From: Lama guanicoe
Lineage: Eukaryota
DNA: 64,000 bases
NCBI GenBank assembly: GCA_013239625.1
Contig: MU054925.1
Span: forward strand, 24,870,378 to 24,934,377
Reading direction: 5' to 3'
Part shown: positions 13,200 through 25,158 of the stretch, piece after piece
Numbering within the stretch: the stretch's first letter is position 1
How the letters are laid out: each line of letters starts with the position of its first letter
The notes under the pieces: generated by a model
Told to the model about the DNA's origin: nothing
Database searches by the model: none
The model's input: only the letters and a program-made list of their open reading frames with translations
Translations under genes and position numbers: made by a program

Positions 13200-13610
13200 A
13201 TAAGTATTTAGTATAGAAAACTGTCTCTCTCCCCATCCCTACTTCTCACCCAGAGAAAACTGTCATTGGTTTGGACAGTACCCTTCCTGTCCTTGTTCCA
13301 TATATTTGGATGGAAGCATTGGATACATACTGACCTACTATTTGCCTTTTTGATTTTTTAACTTAACAGTATATCCCAGAGATCTTTCCACATTGGCACA
13401 TTTGGACCTGCTTCAGTGTTTCCAATTTGTAATATTAACCAATGTTGATACACTGTAATTTGTTTACTCCCCAGCCGATGGGCACTTAGGTTGTCTTCAG
13501 TTCTTCACTCTCAGGCACAGTGTGGTAGTGAACATCTAACACACAGCTTGTGAGTAAAAGTCACTGTTTCATAGAAGTGGAATTACCAGGTCAAAAGTTA
13601 CACTGTTTTA
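13200..13610 (-). mobile_element. Ancient L1 (L1ME-like) 3' fragment
   Basis: gatgggcacttaggttgtcttcag...gtagtgaacatc...agaagtggaattaccaggtcaaaag resembles antisense L1M. Confidence 0.7.
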
Positions 13611-14405
13611 TCTTCTGATTACCTCTTTTTTATAGTACCAATTTTCTGTAGTAAACATGTGTAACTTTTATGACTATACACAGAAGAGTATTTGTAGTTT
13701 ATTTTTGCTTTTTTAAGGAGTCTGTGACCAAATATCTCGTCTTCATCACAACAGACTCTGCGTTATGAGGTGGTTGAATGTGACTTGCTTTATTTTATTG
13801 AGGAAGTTCCTGCTCTTTGGTCTCTTGTTAACATTACAAAATCACCCAAGTACCTACTTGGGCACACACACAAGCATACATACGCTTACCCACATTTATT
13901 TCTTCCTTTAATAATGGAAATGGCCTCACAAGATAATCCAGGTTCCTGCCATGGCAGTAGGCTCAGGCCAGCCTGCAGCCCTTTATTTTGTGATGAACCA
14001 TCCTCAGTACGAGGATCTGAGGATCTGGGTGTTCAGCGGCCAGACCGCACCATCGTCTTTTAAATGTAACCACTGCCCTGGGAAATGTCAACAGACCCTG
14101 AACTTAACATGTGGTAGATGCAGAGGTGGTCTGGAGTGGGAAAGAGTGAAATGAGAATTTTAAAAGTTTATGGGAGTCTAATGTGGGTTGTCAAAGAGGA
14201 GCTCTCCTCCACTGCATCCCAGATAAAAGCACCTTGGAGAACAAGCCGCAGCGTTGGTGGCCATTGCTGTAGACCGCGTCCCCGGGTGACCATCGTGGGG
14301 GCTGACCCTTCTGTTCAGCGATGCATTATCAAAATGGCAGAATAAATGACCTTTTCCCCCTTCTCCCGCCTCTGCTCCCCGACCCTGGGACCTGCCCAAC
14401 TGCAG

Positions 14406-14606
14406 AACTTCCTTCGTTGCCAAAATAACAAGACCAACTACAATTTGGTGTGTGAGACGCTGCAGTTTCTGGACTGCATTTGTGGAAGCACAACCGGGGG
14501 CCTTGGGCTTCTGGGGCTCTACATAAACGAGAAGAACGTGGCCCTCATCAACCAAACCCTGGAAAGTCTGACCGAGTACTGCCAAGGACCTTGCCATGAG
14601 AACCAG
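14406..14606 (+). CDS. ITPR1: ITPR1 exon ([23 protein letters not shown]...[13 protein letters not shown]), phase 0/0
   Basis: ctgcag|AACTTC acceptor, CAG|gtaatt donor; 201 nt; contains GGLGLLG (GxGxxG ATP motif) and TEYCQGPC. Confidence 0.97.
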
Positions 14607-15796
14607 GTAATTCCATGTTTATTTGGGGTGGGGGAACAAAGGTTTGTCATATTGAAACGTTGTTGACCGTTGCTTAGCATCTGCCTGTCGACCTAAGGAC
14701 TCAGTTGAACCGGGGGCCCTTCTGCAGCAGTGAGGAGGGAGTTCTCGGGTTTTATGAAGCTTCAGATGTGACCTAATCACGGGCATCCCTGGGTGTCCAT
14801 GCCCAGCTTTGTTGGTTTGAATGGTCCAGCTCTAACTGAACTAGGGATACACACTAAAGTTGGAGCTCATAAGACCTGAAGTCTGGGCTCTGTTTTTAAA
14901 TTCTGGGAAGTGGCTACTTCATGGAAGGAGGTTTCAACTTAGCTAGAGAGAAAAACCTCAGTACACGCGGGACAGCTTGAAAATAATCTGAGGAGAGGTA
15001 GGGCTGAGGCTTTGGCACCACAGACGTTGAGAGAAGAAAACAGCCCGTCAGTCTTGACTTAGGCCTCTCAAGAAGTATATTTTTGGAGCAGAACCCAGTG
15101 GTTTCTTGAGTAGAGTCATTGCTTATCCATGACGTCTTCAAGATTTTGTGAGTTTTTGCACAGATGCTAGAATGAGTATGATTTTTCACTCACATTATAG
15201 TTACATCCTGGCTGGAGAGGGCAGGCCAGTGCTTACACGGCCCATTATAAACTCTGGCCAGGGAAGGTGTGGTAGGCTTTGTTTCTTGGGAAGCAAGGCC
15301 AAAACCTTCGCCAAGAGGAGAACGGCTTACGAGAGGGACAACTCGCTGTGTATTAACAACCTGACCTTAGTTGCCCACGAGTATGACACTAGCATTTTGT
15401 TAGATCCACTTTTCCTCTCCTGGTTTCCAGGCGAGATAGATGGCGTAGTCTGAGTTAAAGTAAAAAGGAACAAAAAAAATTGACAACAGGTTTGTGGGGA
15501 AAGGCTTTATCTGACATCTAAGCGAGTTTCCTTATAACCTCAAGGCAGAGGTCTGTGGAAAGGAGCAGGCTGGAGTGGCTTCTGCTGCACATGGGGATCT
15601 TACCTGGGGGAAGGTGATTGGTTCTGATATCGTGTGAATTAAACAGGAAACTTGCTTTCCAAGCTTGAGCTTTAAGCCAGAGTATGCAATACGAAAACCA
15701 AGTGATGTAGAGAGAATGGAACACACCTTTAAAGGGGAAAAGGCACTCAGAACCCAGAATCAGTCACACACTGTGTTTTCCCTTAAGAACAAAAGC

Positions 15797-15968
15797 NNNN
15801 NNNNNNNNNNNNNNNNNNNNNNNNNNNNNNNNNNNNNNNNNNNNNNNNNNNNNNNNNNNNNNNNNNNNNNNNNNNNNNNNNNNNNNNNNNNNNNNNNNNN
15901 NNNNNNNNNNNNNNNNNNNNNNNNNNNNNNNNNNNNNNNNNNNNNNNNNNNNNNNNNNNNNNNNNNNN
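15797..15968. other. Assembly gap (172 N)
   Basis: Run of N seen directly; it ends 81 nt before the exon at 16050. Confidence 1.
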
Positions 15969-16049
15969 GCCTCGTGTTGAAATAGCAGCTCAGCATGCTG
16001 GCCTTTGACGTCTGATTTATGACCAGTGTCCGTGTGTCTCTTTTCTCAG

Positions 16050-16160
16050 AACTGCATAGCCACCCATGAATCCAATGGCATTGACATCATCACAGCCCTG
16101 ATCCTTAATGACATCAACCCTCTGGGGAAGAAGAGGATGGACCTTGTGCTGGAACTGAAG
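16050..16160 (+). CDS. ITPR1: ITPR1 exon ([37 protein letters not shown]), phase 0/0, GC donor
   Basis: ttttctcag|AACTGC acceptor; 111 nt; the frame is kept only with the non-canonical donor AAG|gcaagt. Confidence 0.95.
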
Positions 16161-18387
16161 GCAAGTAGGAACTGAAAGCAAAAGACAGTAGTAGCCTTCG
16201 GAAGGAGTCGCTTTTGTGTGTTGCCGCCACACGTGACACGGTCAGTGTTGTGCAACTAAATATAAAAGACTGTTCTTTGAAACTAAATGAATGAGACACA
16301 TAGCAAGTTCTGACTAAAATGCAGAACTTCGGTGTTTCCCTTCCCACCCTTAGGACAGGCTACCAGCTCTTCAGTCTCAGGTCACAGGAATGAGAGCTCA
16401 TCACTCAAACTTCAGACGCGCGTCTGAACAGCAATCCAAGAACTCAGAGCCTTGATTCTGAAAGCCACAGCCAGAGAAACAGTGGGAACTCCACTCCCTC
16501 TGTGGTCTCTGACTTTACTCCCATTGAGGAAAAAGGGCCGGGTTGAAGAATAGTAGCAGTAAACCTATCTAGGACCAAAAAAAATTCTATTTGTACATTA
16601 TCAGGGAAGATCTTTTTTCTGTTCTGTTGTTGATTTAGCAGAAGGGAGGTTCCTAAATGTTGGGTTAAAATAGGGAAGGTTACACTAGCCAGTATCGTGC
16701 CTCCAGGCCTCTGATGAGTTTCTTTGCATCGTGTACAATCAGTGGATGACAGATGACTAATGTAGAAACACCGTCAACCTGCTGACTCTCTCGAGTACCA
16801 AAATAGTTTTATGGGGTGAAAGCAGTGACTTCAAGGTGCTTAAGCTGCTGGGTTTACAGTCCGGCCTCTTGGCTATTTGAGAAGCTGGTACACCACCCCC
16901 AATGTTGACTTCTCGAGCATACCAAAATAAATGATTTAAAAAATAAAAATAAACAAACAAAAGACCCTCCCTCTTACTGAGGGGTTCCAAAGATTCTCTA
17001 AGGGTCCACAGATTCAATTCTGAGAATTGAACTGGGAGCCCATCCTGGTGCCTAAAGTGTATTTTGAAACTTGTGAGCTTCCCTGAGCGCATTTCCTTCC
17101 TCGCTGTTCACATGTTGGGGCAGGATGAGATCTGCCCTGCATCTTAGCCCAGACGCAGCACTGAGCCCTTTATCCCTGTTGTGGAAGAGCCTGGAACTAC
17201 AGGGTTCAGCCAAAAAGTCGATCTGTATTTATGGCATCTCTGATGTTGTAGGAAAGGAAGGTATTAGGGAAGGTGATACCACGGAAACCCACAGGAACAG
17301 CACATTTGTTTCTGTTTTGATTTTTGTGTGTCAAACTGAGAGTCCAAACTCATAGTTGGTTGGGGTGCATAGTTTAAATGGAATTTTTTAATTTTTAATT
17401 TTTTGTTGCTATTTTTAACTCCTCTTTTAACAAATCATGTTGTAGAAGCAACCCAAAGATCATTCAAGCTCCTGTCCCTGGCTCCCATTTATCAGACTGT
17501 CTGTGCTGAGAGCCTGAAAGAAACTGAGAATTTCTTGCACTCCTGGTCAGCATTTCAGTGGCTTTTTCACCTAATCCAGTAGGTTATTATAGAAATTTCT
17601 GCCTTGTGAAAAGCCACCATTTGATAGCACAGCCACACAACTGAACTGCTGTGATCTGTGCTTGAGGAGGAAAAATACCCTTCTCACCCAAAAGAGTAAG
17701 TGTGGAGTCTCAGACACAAAGAAGCATGCAGATGGCCATAGGTCTGGGGCCTAAAGTGATCTCAAGCCAAGACGTGCAGGGTGTGGGCCCATGACAACTT
17801 TGAAAGTAATGAGAAAGTATGGTTTGGCAAGGACACCGTCCTCCCTTGGATCACTTTTGTTAACTGGTGTCGGCTGTATTCTCATAATAATATGAGGGGT
17901 TAGGAGAGCTGATAGCAGTATTTCAAGACAGGGGGGAGTTAGCCTCATTGCCTGCCTTCTCTGGCCTGCAAGACTGAATAACGGTGTTTATAATCACCCA
18001 CCTCTGCCCCCTGGAGGGCGTCATGGGTCTAAACAGCAGGTGCTTCCTGACCACTGTCGTCATGAGGGCCACAGCAGACCCATAAGCACCCACGTTTCAA
18101 TGTCCAGTTTCCACCAGGACGCGTACCAAGTAACATTACGAGCAGCTATGCCCAAATAGGTGCCTCTTTGACCCTCTTGGATCAGATTCTGCAGAAAGAT
18201 CTTGGGGGTCTAAGTGGCATGGTCTCTGTAGGGTGAGGCTGATTTGGGACACCCATGACCCTCCTGTGGGGCAGACCTTCTGTCTGTTTAGCCGGGATGC
18301 AGCCCTCGGTGAGCAGGGCCGGTGACTCAGGGCAGCCGCCCCCAGCAGCGCCTCTCCATTTCCCCCTCCCTTTGTGTCTCCAATCAG

Positions 18388-18483
18388 AACAACGCTTCGA
18401 AGCTGCTCCTGGCCATCATGGAGAGCAGGCACGACAGCGAAAACGCCGAGCGGATACTCTACAACATGCGGCCGAAGGAGCTG
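18388..18483 (+). CDS. ITPR1: ITPR1 exon ([32 protein letters not shown]), phase 0/0
   Basis: aatcag|AACAAC acceptor, CTG|gtgagc donor; 96 nt; includes the IMESRHD glutamate (rodent E2100 Ca2+-sensitivity residue). Confidence 0.97.
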
Positions 18484-20861
18484 GTGAGCCGGGTGGCGGG
18501 CCCCTGGCCGCGGCACCAAGCGCAGGCGGTCGGCTTCCTTGAGCTTCCTTAACAATGCCGACAATCCGAAGTGTAAAGAGAACATCAGATTGAGGCCTCT
18601 GACTAGGGTAGAGAAGTCAGGCCTGCGTTGAATAAGTGTCCTCTGCCTTCGGCATGGCCGCACCTGGAAGCCTGGCTCGCCCGTTTCCCTCCCGGGGGGC
18701 AGCAGGGACCAGGTCTGGGAGCCCGTGACTGGCACGCACATCCCTCGCTCCGCCCCTTTTCTGGGTCACCCTGGCACGCACGGGAACTCCCTGAGCCGCG
18801 GGCGGTGATAACGTCACCCAGTCCAGAGGGCTGCTGCGTAGACTGGCCAGGAGGATCCCACGGCGCCCTTAGCCCGGTGCCCGCGGTGACCCGCCTGAGT
18901 GCAGTGCCACCTCCTCTCACTGCCCACTCGCGGCTCTGTTTGCCGTGTCTTTGTCCAGGACTCAAGAATTCACATCTCTTCTTGCTGCCGATAGTCTGGG
19001 CAGCAGAAGAGTGTTTCAGGGGTGCCGATGTTTTAGGGTTTTTTTTTTTTTAAAGAAAACACAATCCTGTTTAATTTCTTCGGGGTGTTGTTCACAATTG
19101 CCAGTGACTTCCAGGCGGGGAGTCAGGGCTGCGAACCGTGAGATAGGAGCTATCAGAGACGGTGAACCGAGCTGAGGACCGAGCTCTGTTTGGACTTTTT
19201 CCCACGCAAATAAACCTTAACTGACAGACCTAAATGAGGGCACTAAAACTTCCCTGCCGCCTGGCGATCCGGGTGCACTCGAGGCCGGGCTCAAGTCCCT
19301 TTATGTGCTCCTTTAAATAAAGTTAGCAGCCAGCCAGTGCTTTGATCTCCCAGGTCAGGAGTGAGTTCTCAGCCTGGGATGGAAAGTCCTCTCTGAGTTT
19401 ACGTAACAGCTTATGTAACTGCGGCTGGGGGACTGGCGAGCCCAGGATCGGCTGCACTCGAGGGGGCACTGAGTGACTTTGCAGAGACCCCACTCCTGTT
19501 CCCAGGAGCACACCCCAGGCTTGGGTGAGGGAAACAGCGGCACCCAGGGCTCTGGGTGCCACCGGCCCCCAGGTCGCCCCCTTGTGGTTGAATAGTATCA
19601 TTCCCAGCTCACGGGGAGGAGTCTAAGGCTTCTTGGACCAAACTCGGTTCTGAGAACCCACGTAGCAGAGATGTTCTTGTGTCCGGAACATGTGTGTACA
19701 TATGTGTGCACGTGTAACGTGTGTATTTCTGGCCCCCACGTCTGTTCAGTCTGGTATTAGAAAACAAACTCAGCAAGGGTCTTGCCTTTAAAATTATTTC
19801 CAGGGCCTGACCTGGTGTGAGTACAGAAGCGTGTGGCCCTCTGCATGCTTGATCTGGGATAATGAGAAATAATTCAGGGTAATGGCCTCGTGGCAGTGCA
19901 GGAAGCAGAAACGCCTTCTGAATCATCAAAGAAAATAATTAATTTTTAGTACAACTTAGGGGTTGGAGGCACTGTGTTCTTGTTCTTGGAATGATTAAAT
20001 CTTGAATGGTATGTTTGTTTGATAAATACTGGCCGGGCCCTGCTTTCTCCGGGATGTTGTGCTGGGCATCATGGAGGGACTGAGAAATGGGCAGAGCCTC
20101 CCTGCTCGGGGAGCGGAGATAGTGGGAGCAGGACGGCGGGCGCAGGAATGCTGGAGGTAACGTGCTCTCAGCGTGAGACGGTGAGGTCAAAGCTCAGCTC
20201 AGCAGCCGTGTGAACAGAGGAACACCCTTTTACCTCCCCAAGTCTGCTTCCTCATCCATAATCAGTGGGAGTCTTTGACACCTCATAAAATGTTTATGAG
20301 CCTCAAATATTCTGAAACAATGACAAAATACTGAACACGGAGCTTGGCACAATGTTGGTCAACGTCACTGGTTAATGGTACTCTTTATGTAGAGTAGGTT
20401 GTGGGGGACAGGAGAAAATCTGGAGTCAGAAAATAGTTTCACCAGCTCTTCTTAAAGGCTGATGGCTTTCTAAAGTGGCAGGGTAGCAGGTGGGAAAAGT
20501 CGGGACCAAGTAGAGGGAGAGAAGTCTGGCTTCTGGCCTTCTTTTTATCATATTGTTGTTCGTGGGCACTTTACTAGCCATCGTCCCCTTCTAACGTGGA
20601 AGGACATGAGCATCCAGACAGTGTCTCTTGGTCTAAGGGAGAGCACCTGGGTTTCACTCCTCATGTCGGTGCAGGTTCACTGGCAGCAACTGCCTGTGAT
20701 CGTGTTGAGAAGGATTCTAAGGCTGTGTGCACTCCTGGTAGAAACGTGAACTGAGCGGCGTCTGCCGCGAAGGGGAGGTACATAGTGTCTGTGTTGTTGT
20801 TGCCAGTCCCGTGTGGGTCTTCCTTGAAACGGGAGCTTTGTTCTCTTGGCCCTTCTTGCAG

Positions 20862-20984
20862 GTGGAAGTGATCAAGAAAGCCTACATGCAGGGCGAAGTG
20901 GAGTTTGAGGATGGAGAGAACGGCGAGGATGGAGCCGCCTCCCCCAGGAACGTGGGGCACAACATCTACATCTTGGCGCACCAG
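20862..20984 (+). CDS. ITPR1: ITPR1 exon ([41 protein letters not shown]), phase 0/0
   Basis: cttgcag|GTGGAA acceptor, CAG|gtacga donor; 123 nt. Confidence 0.97.
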
Positions 20985-22012
20985 GTACGACCTCTGCCCC
21001 GGGCACCCTGCCAGGCGTGCAGTGCCAGAAGTCCACGCTGGGTGTGCCCGAGACTTGGTTTTCCTTTGAGGTTTTAACCAGGGGTGGTTTGGGCTTACGG
21101 GCACTACTGGCCACCTGACCCAGTGTCCTGAGATCTCAGGCATTCCGTTTTTCCACTCCGGTGGGGTCATGTCCTTGGAAACCCCCACATCTGTTAAAAG
21201 CGTTCCCCCTGAGCAGTGATACTTGCGGAGTTTATGATTGTGCCTCAAGACAGTTGAAAGGAGGCTTAGTCTGTTCGTAAATATTGAGGAGTCTATCTTA
21301 ACAATCTAAAGAAATAAACCTCAGCTGCCTGGCCTATCGCACTTGGAAATCTTTGGGAACTTGTCATGATGACTTCTTTTTGTTTGCCTTTTGAGCGATG
21401 TAGTAATACTTCTTACCCTGGCACCAAAATGCCCTGTTTCATAACTCTCTTCCCAAGTGGCTGGGCTTTTGAAGACACTTCCTCTTTCTGGGGGTTGACG
21501 TGCCTTGAGCGGGCTGTGTGTGTGGGCAGTGGTGGCTGCTGCAGGCTGGTGCTTCCTGTCCCGGGCACCCCGCTTAGGTAGAGGCGTGAGATGTAAGCCA
21601 TGATGGTACCAGGCCGGAGGGTGGCGGTCCCTGGAGGCAGACTAGAAAACTGTCTCCTGCCCTTGATCTCGTCTGTTCCTGGCATGGAGCCACTGAGCAG
21701 TCTCGGGACATTCCAAACAGAGGCTCTGTGAGGCTGAACAGGAAACCCCACCCCCCTCCCGCCTGGCTAAAGACTTCGGGGGAAGGTGGGACCTCTCGTG
21801 AGCAGGCGTTGTCCGTGCTGCTCTGCCAAGTGCCCAGAATCGCATCTGTGCAGCGCGCACCTTGATGGAAAGCAGTGGGCTCCTGCCCCGCCCACCACCT
21901 CTAGCTTTGCCTTGGTTATTCTGCGTCTTTTATACCCAGAACGGGAAAGGGGCTTGTATGTTCCTGTTGCAAAGAGATGTCAACTCCCCTGTTTTCTGTA
22001 CTTGTGTTCTAG

Positions 22013-22117
22013 CTGGCTCGGCATAACAAGGAACTTCAGACCATGCTGAAGCCTGGTGGCCAGGTGGATGGAGACGAAGCTCTGGAGTTTTATGCCAAGC
22101 ACACGGCCCAGATAGAG
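22013..22117 (+). CDS. ITPR1: ITPR1 exon ([35 protein letters not shown]), phase 0/0
   Basis: gttctag|CTGGCT acceptor, GAG|gtaaaa donor; 105 nt. Confidence 0.97.
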
Positions 22118-24489
22118 GTAAAAGCAGAGTAGACACCGGGCTTGGGCGTGCGGCGCCTCAGGCTAGGGCTGGGCTGGGCTTGCCTTCAGTCATTCATCTG
22201 AGCTATAAAGATGCGGCGAGACAGTCTTGAGGCCTACTTAAAGCCTTGTAAGGAGGCAGACACAGAGCAGGTCCACATGAGAAGACGCGTTACAAGTTCC
22301 AACCAGGCCATGAGGGCAAGCAGAGGTGTTGTGAGGAGGTCCAGCAGGGGGCCTGCCAGGGACTACGGTGGTCAGGTCTGAACAGAGAGACCTCAGCACA
22401 GACCTTAAGGAAAACAGGAATGAACGGTCAGAGCCCGGAGGGAGGATCTCTGGGAGACAGGGAGTCATGGCAGGCTGAGGCCCTGGGGGGAGGCGAGAGT
22501 GGGGAGCTGGAATTGAGTGAGCTTAAGGGAGAGCAGCACACAGTCAGAAAGGCAGGTAGGCAGCCCCGAGCCTGCAGCATCCTGTCAGCCATCTGCGTCC
22601 CAAGTCTGGACTTGACCCTGGCAACACTGTCTAGAGTTTTACACAGACGAGCGATAGGACCAGATCTGCATTTGCAGGACACACACATAACAGACCGCCC
22701 TCATCCTCTGGGAGCCCGGTGGGATTGTTTCCGTCTTGCAGATGGGAAAACTCCGAAGTAGGACTCAGGGAGGTTGTGTTGCTTATCTAGTTATCAGTGG
22801 TGGGGCTGCAATTTCCATCCAGGTCAGGGTAACCCAGAGCCCATGGGTACTTTTTATGTGACCTATGTTGTCTCCTAGGGGCCGGGAGAACACAGACTTA
22901 GGTCTGCAGGCTCTGGGCAATGAGGGATGGTATATTCTGTTTGGCTAAGGAGGAAATGTACAAATTCATGATCGGAGTCAGAACAGAGATACTGAAGACC
23001 CCTGGGGCCCCATGAGATGTTCAGGCTGGAGACTTCTAAGAGTATATCCTTGCTCGATGTCTCAGGTCTTTGGGCTGTCCTAATAAAATGCATCATTTCA
23101 CTGATTATATTTGACCATAACAGTGTGTGTGAACACATATTCCTGATTTATTGTGACTGACTAGAATGGCCATGGTCAGTGGTGATGGAAGGGCCAGCTC
23201 TGTCCTCTGGAGCGCTTAGAAGACAAGCTTCAGGGGTTCACGGTGTGGAACGCCAGGGGAGAAGGAGCCTTGGTTCCCAGGGCGGCAGACTGAAGCAGGA
23301 GGCTGAGAGACGTGAGCAAGTTCACCCAGCCCGTTAGAGGTCGGAGAAGCACTGAGATGGATTCTGATTTCCAATTGGAAGTTTACTGAAAAAGAGGCAT
23401 GGGTCCATCTTCAAGGATGGAGAGAAGAGGCCAGGCATGGTGTCCCGAAATCCTGTTCCTTGCAGCCTATATCTTCCAGTTTCCCAGGGAATGACCTGTG
23501 CGGAGCCAGAGAGCACTGTCGCTCCCTGGGGCTCCTGCAGACCCTGGTGCCTTCACTCTGGTGACTTGGGCTGGGCAGCCCTGGAGTCTGGTCATTAGTT
23601 CTTGGCAGGAAGCCTCCTGTCTTCTCCTCCATTGCCTCCTGAGCCCAGCCACACTTCTCAGATCCCATTCCTTCCATATCAGGAGGGACTGATCCAAAGC
23701 CCACGTGACTGTGAAGCAGGCCTCCTCTTGACAGCAGAAGGCTACCGGGTTGGTCCCTAAGCCTGTGTGTGCACCAGCGTTACCAACCCCAGCTCCACGG
23801 TTCCAGTTAAATGAGGTTGGCTTATGAACCATTGTCGGTATGATAAGGAAGCTTCCGTAACCTGAGCTTCACCTTGATTTGGAAACCACTGGTCCAGAGT
23901 CTCCCAGAATTTATGGAGGCAGAGCTGTGGGAACCTGTCTGACCTCTAAGAGAGTTTCCCATTACTTGACCTGAGTCACCTCTCTGGCTGCATTGGGAAC
24001 AGTGCTGAGAGAATGTGGCCCAGGTCTTCTAGTAGAGGGCATTACCCTGGGCCTCCCCTGGCTTCTCTAGGCTCTGGGGAGGAAGACTCGAGAGAGGCCA
24101 AGCCCCTTCCCTACTGCAGCCTGGACCCCTTTTGAAATCTGTCCCCCCAGGAGTGTGACTCAGTGCAGTGTCCTAAAATTTGAATGATCTCTACCAGACT
24201 CCTCTTTCTGGGGATCGAGGCAGTCTAGGAAGGGCACGGAGGAAGCCTGTGAGGTGTCCACCCCGGGGCCCAGAAAAGCTCATTTAAAGAACAGTGAGAG
24301 CTGTCGCTACAGCATCCAGCGGGCGATGGGTTCGTGCGTCGTACGTGTTTGATGCTACGACAAGTCAGAAGTAGGAGGTCGCTGCAACCGAATAAACCAC
24401 AGATCTCCTTTTAAAGTTCCTAGCAAGTAAAAGTAACCCAGTTTTGAGCTCTGAGACAGGGTGTTAGGTGAGATTTGTCCCACAGCCTA

Positions 24490-24670
24490 GCGCCGCCCTG
24501 TCCCATAGGATGGCCACTAGCCACATTTGGCTGTTTACATCCAAATTGTACTAGCCACACGTGCCTGGACTCAGTGGCCACAGGTGACCAGTGACTCTCC
24601 GTTTGGACAAGGCAGCCACACAGATACAGAACCATTCCCTCATTACAGAAAGTTCTGTTGGACAGCCCAG
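24490..24670. mobile_element. hAT-Charlie non-autonomous DNA transposon (MER3/MER33-like)
   Basis: ctgtcccataggatggccactagccacatttggctg at the left end and cattccctcattacagaaagttctgttggacag at the right; ctgtcc/ggacag inverted termini. Confidence 0.75.
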
Positions 24671-24965
24671 AGCCTCATCTGAATATGTACACAAAACACA
24701 CTTTAAGTTGTTCCAGATAAAACGTAGTCACAGTAAAACGAATGGGTCTGAAGTTAGAGAAATAATCTTATAGACTTACCAAAACTGTGTTCTGTGGAGC
24801 TGTAGGAGACACAGCCCAGTCTGGGGATTAGGTAATCAGAGAAGACCTCAGAGCAGACCTGTTACTAGCCCTGGTCTTGAACACTGAGCCCATGGCTGCT
24901 GCAGAGAGCCTGAGTAAAGGGTTTTTGAAGATAACTATTTAACCTCATCCATGTCTTCACCCTAG

Positions 24966-25158
24966 ATTGTCAGATTAGACCGAACCATGGAGCAGATCGT
25001 GTTCCCCGTGCCCAGTATATGTGAATTCCTAACCAAGGAGTCAAAACTCCGAATATACTACACTACCGAGAGGGACGAGCAAGGCAGCAAGATCAACGAC
25101 TTCTTCCTGCGGTCCGAGGACCTCTTCAACGAGATGAACTGGCAGAAGAAGCTGAGAG
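24966..25158 (+). CDS. ITPR1: ITPR1 exon ([16 protein letters not shown]...EMNWQKKLR), phase 0/1
   Basis: ccctag|ATTGTC acceptor, AGAG|gtgggt donor; 193 nt. Confidence 0.97.
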
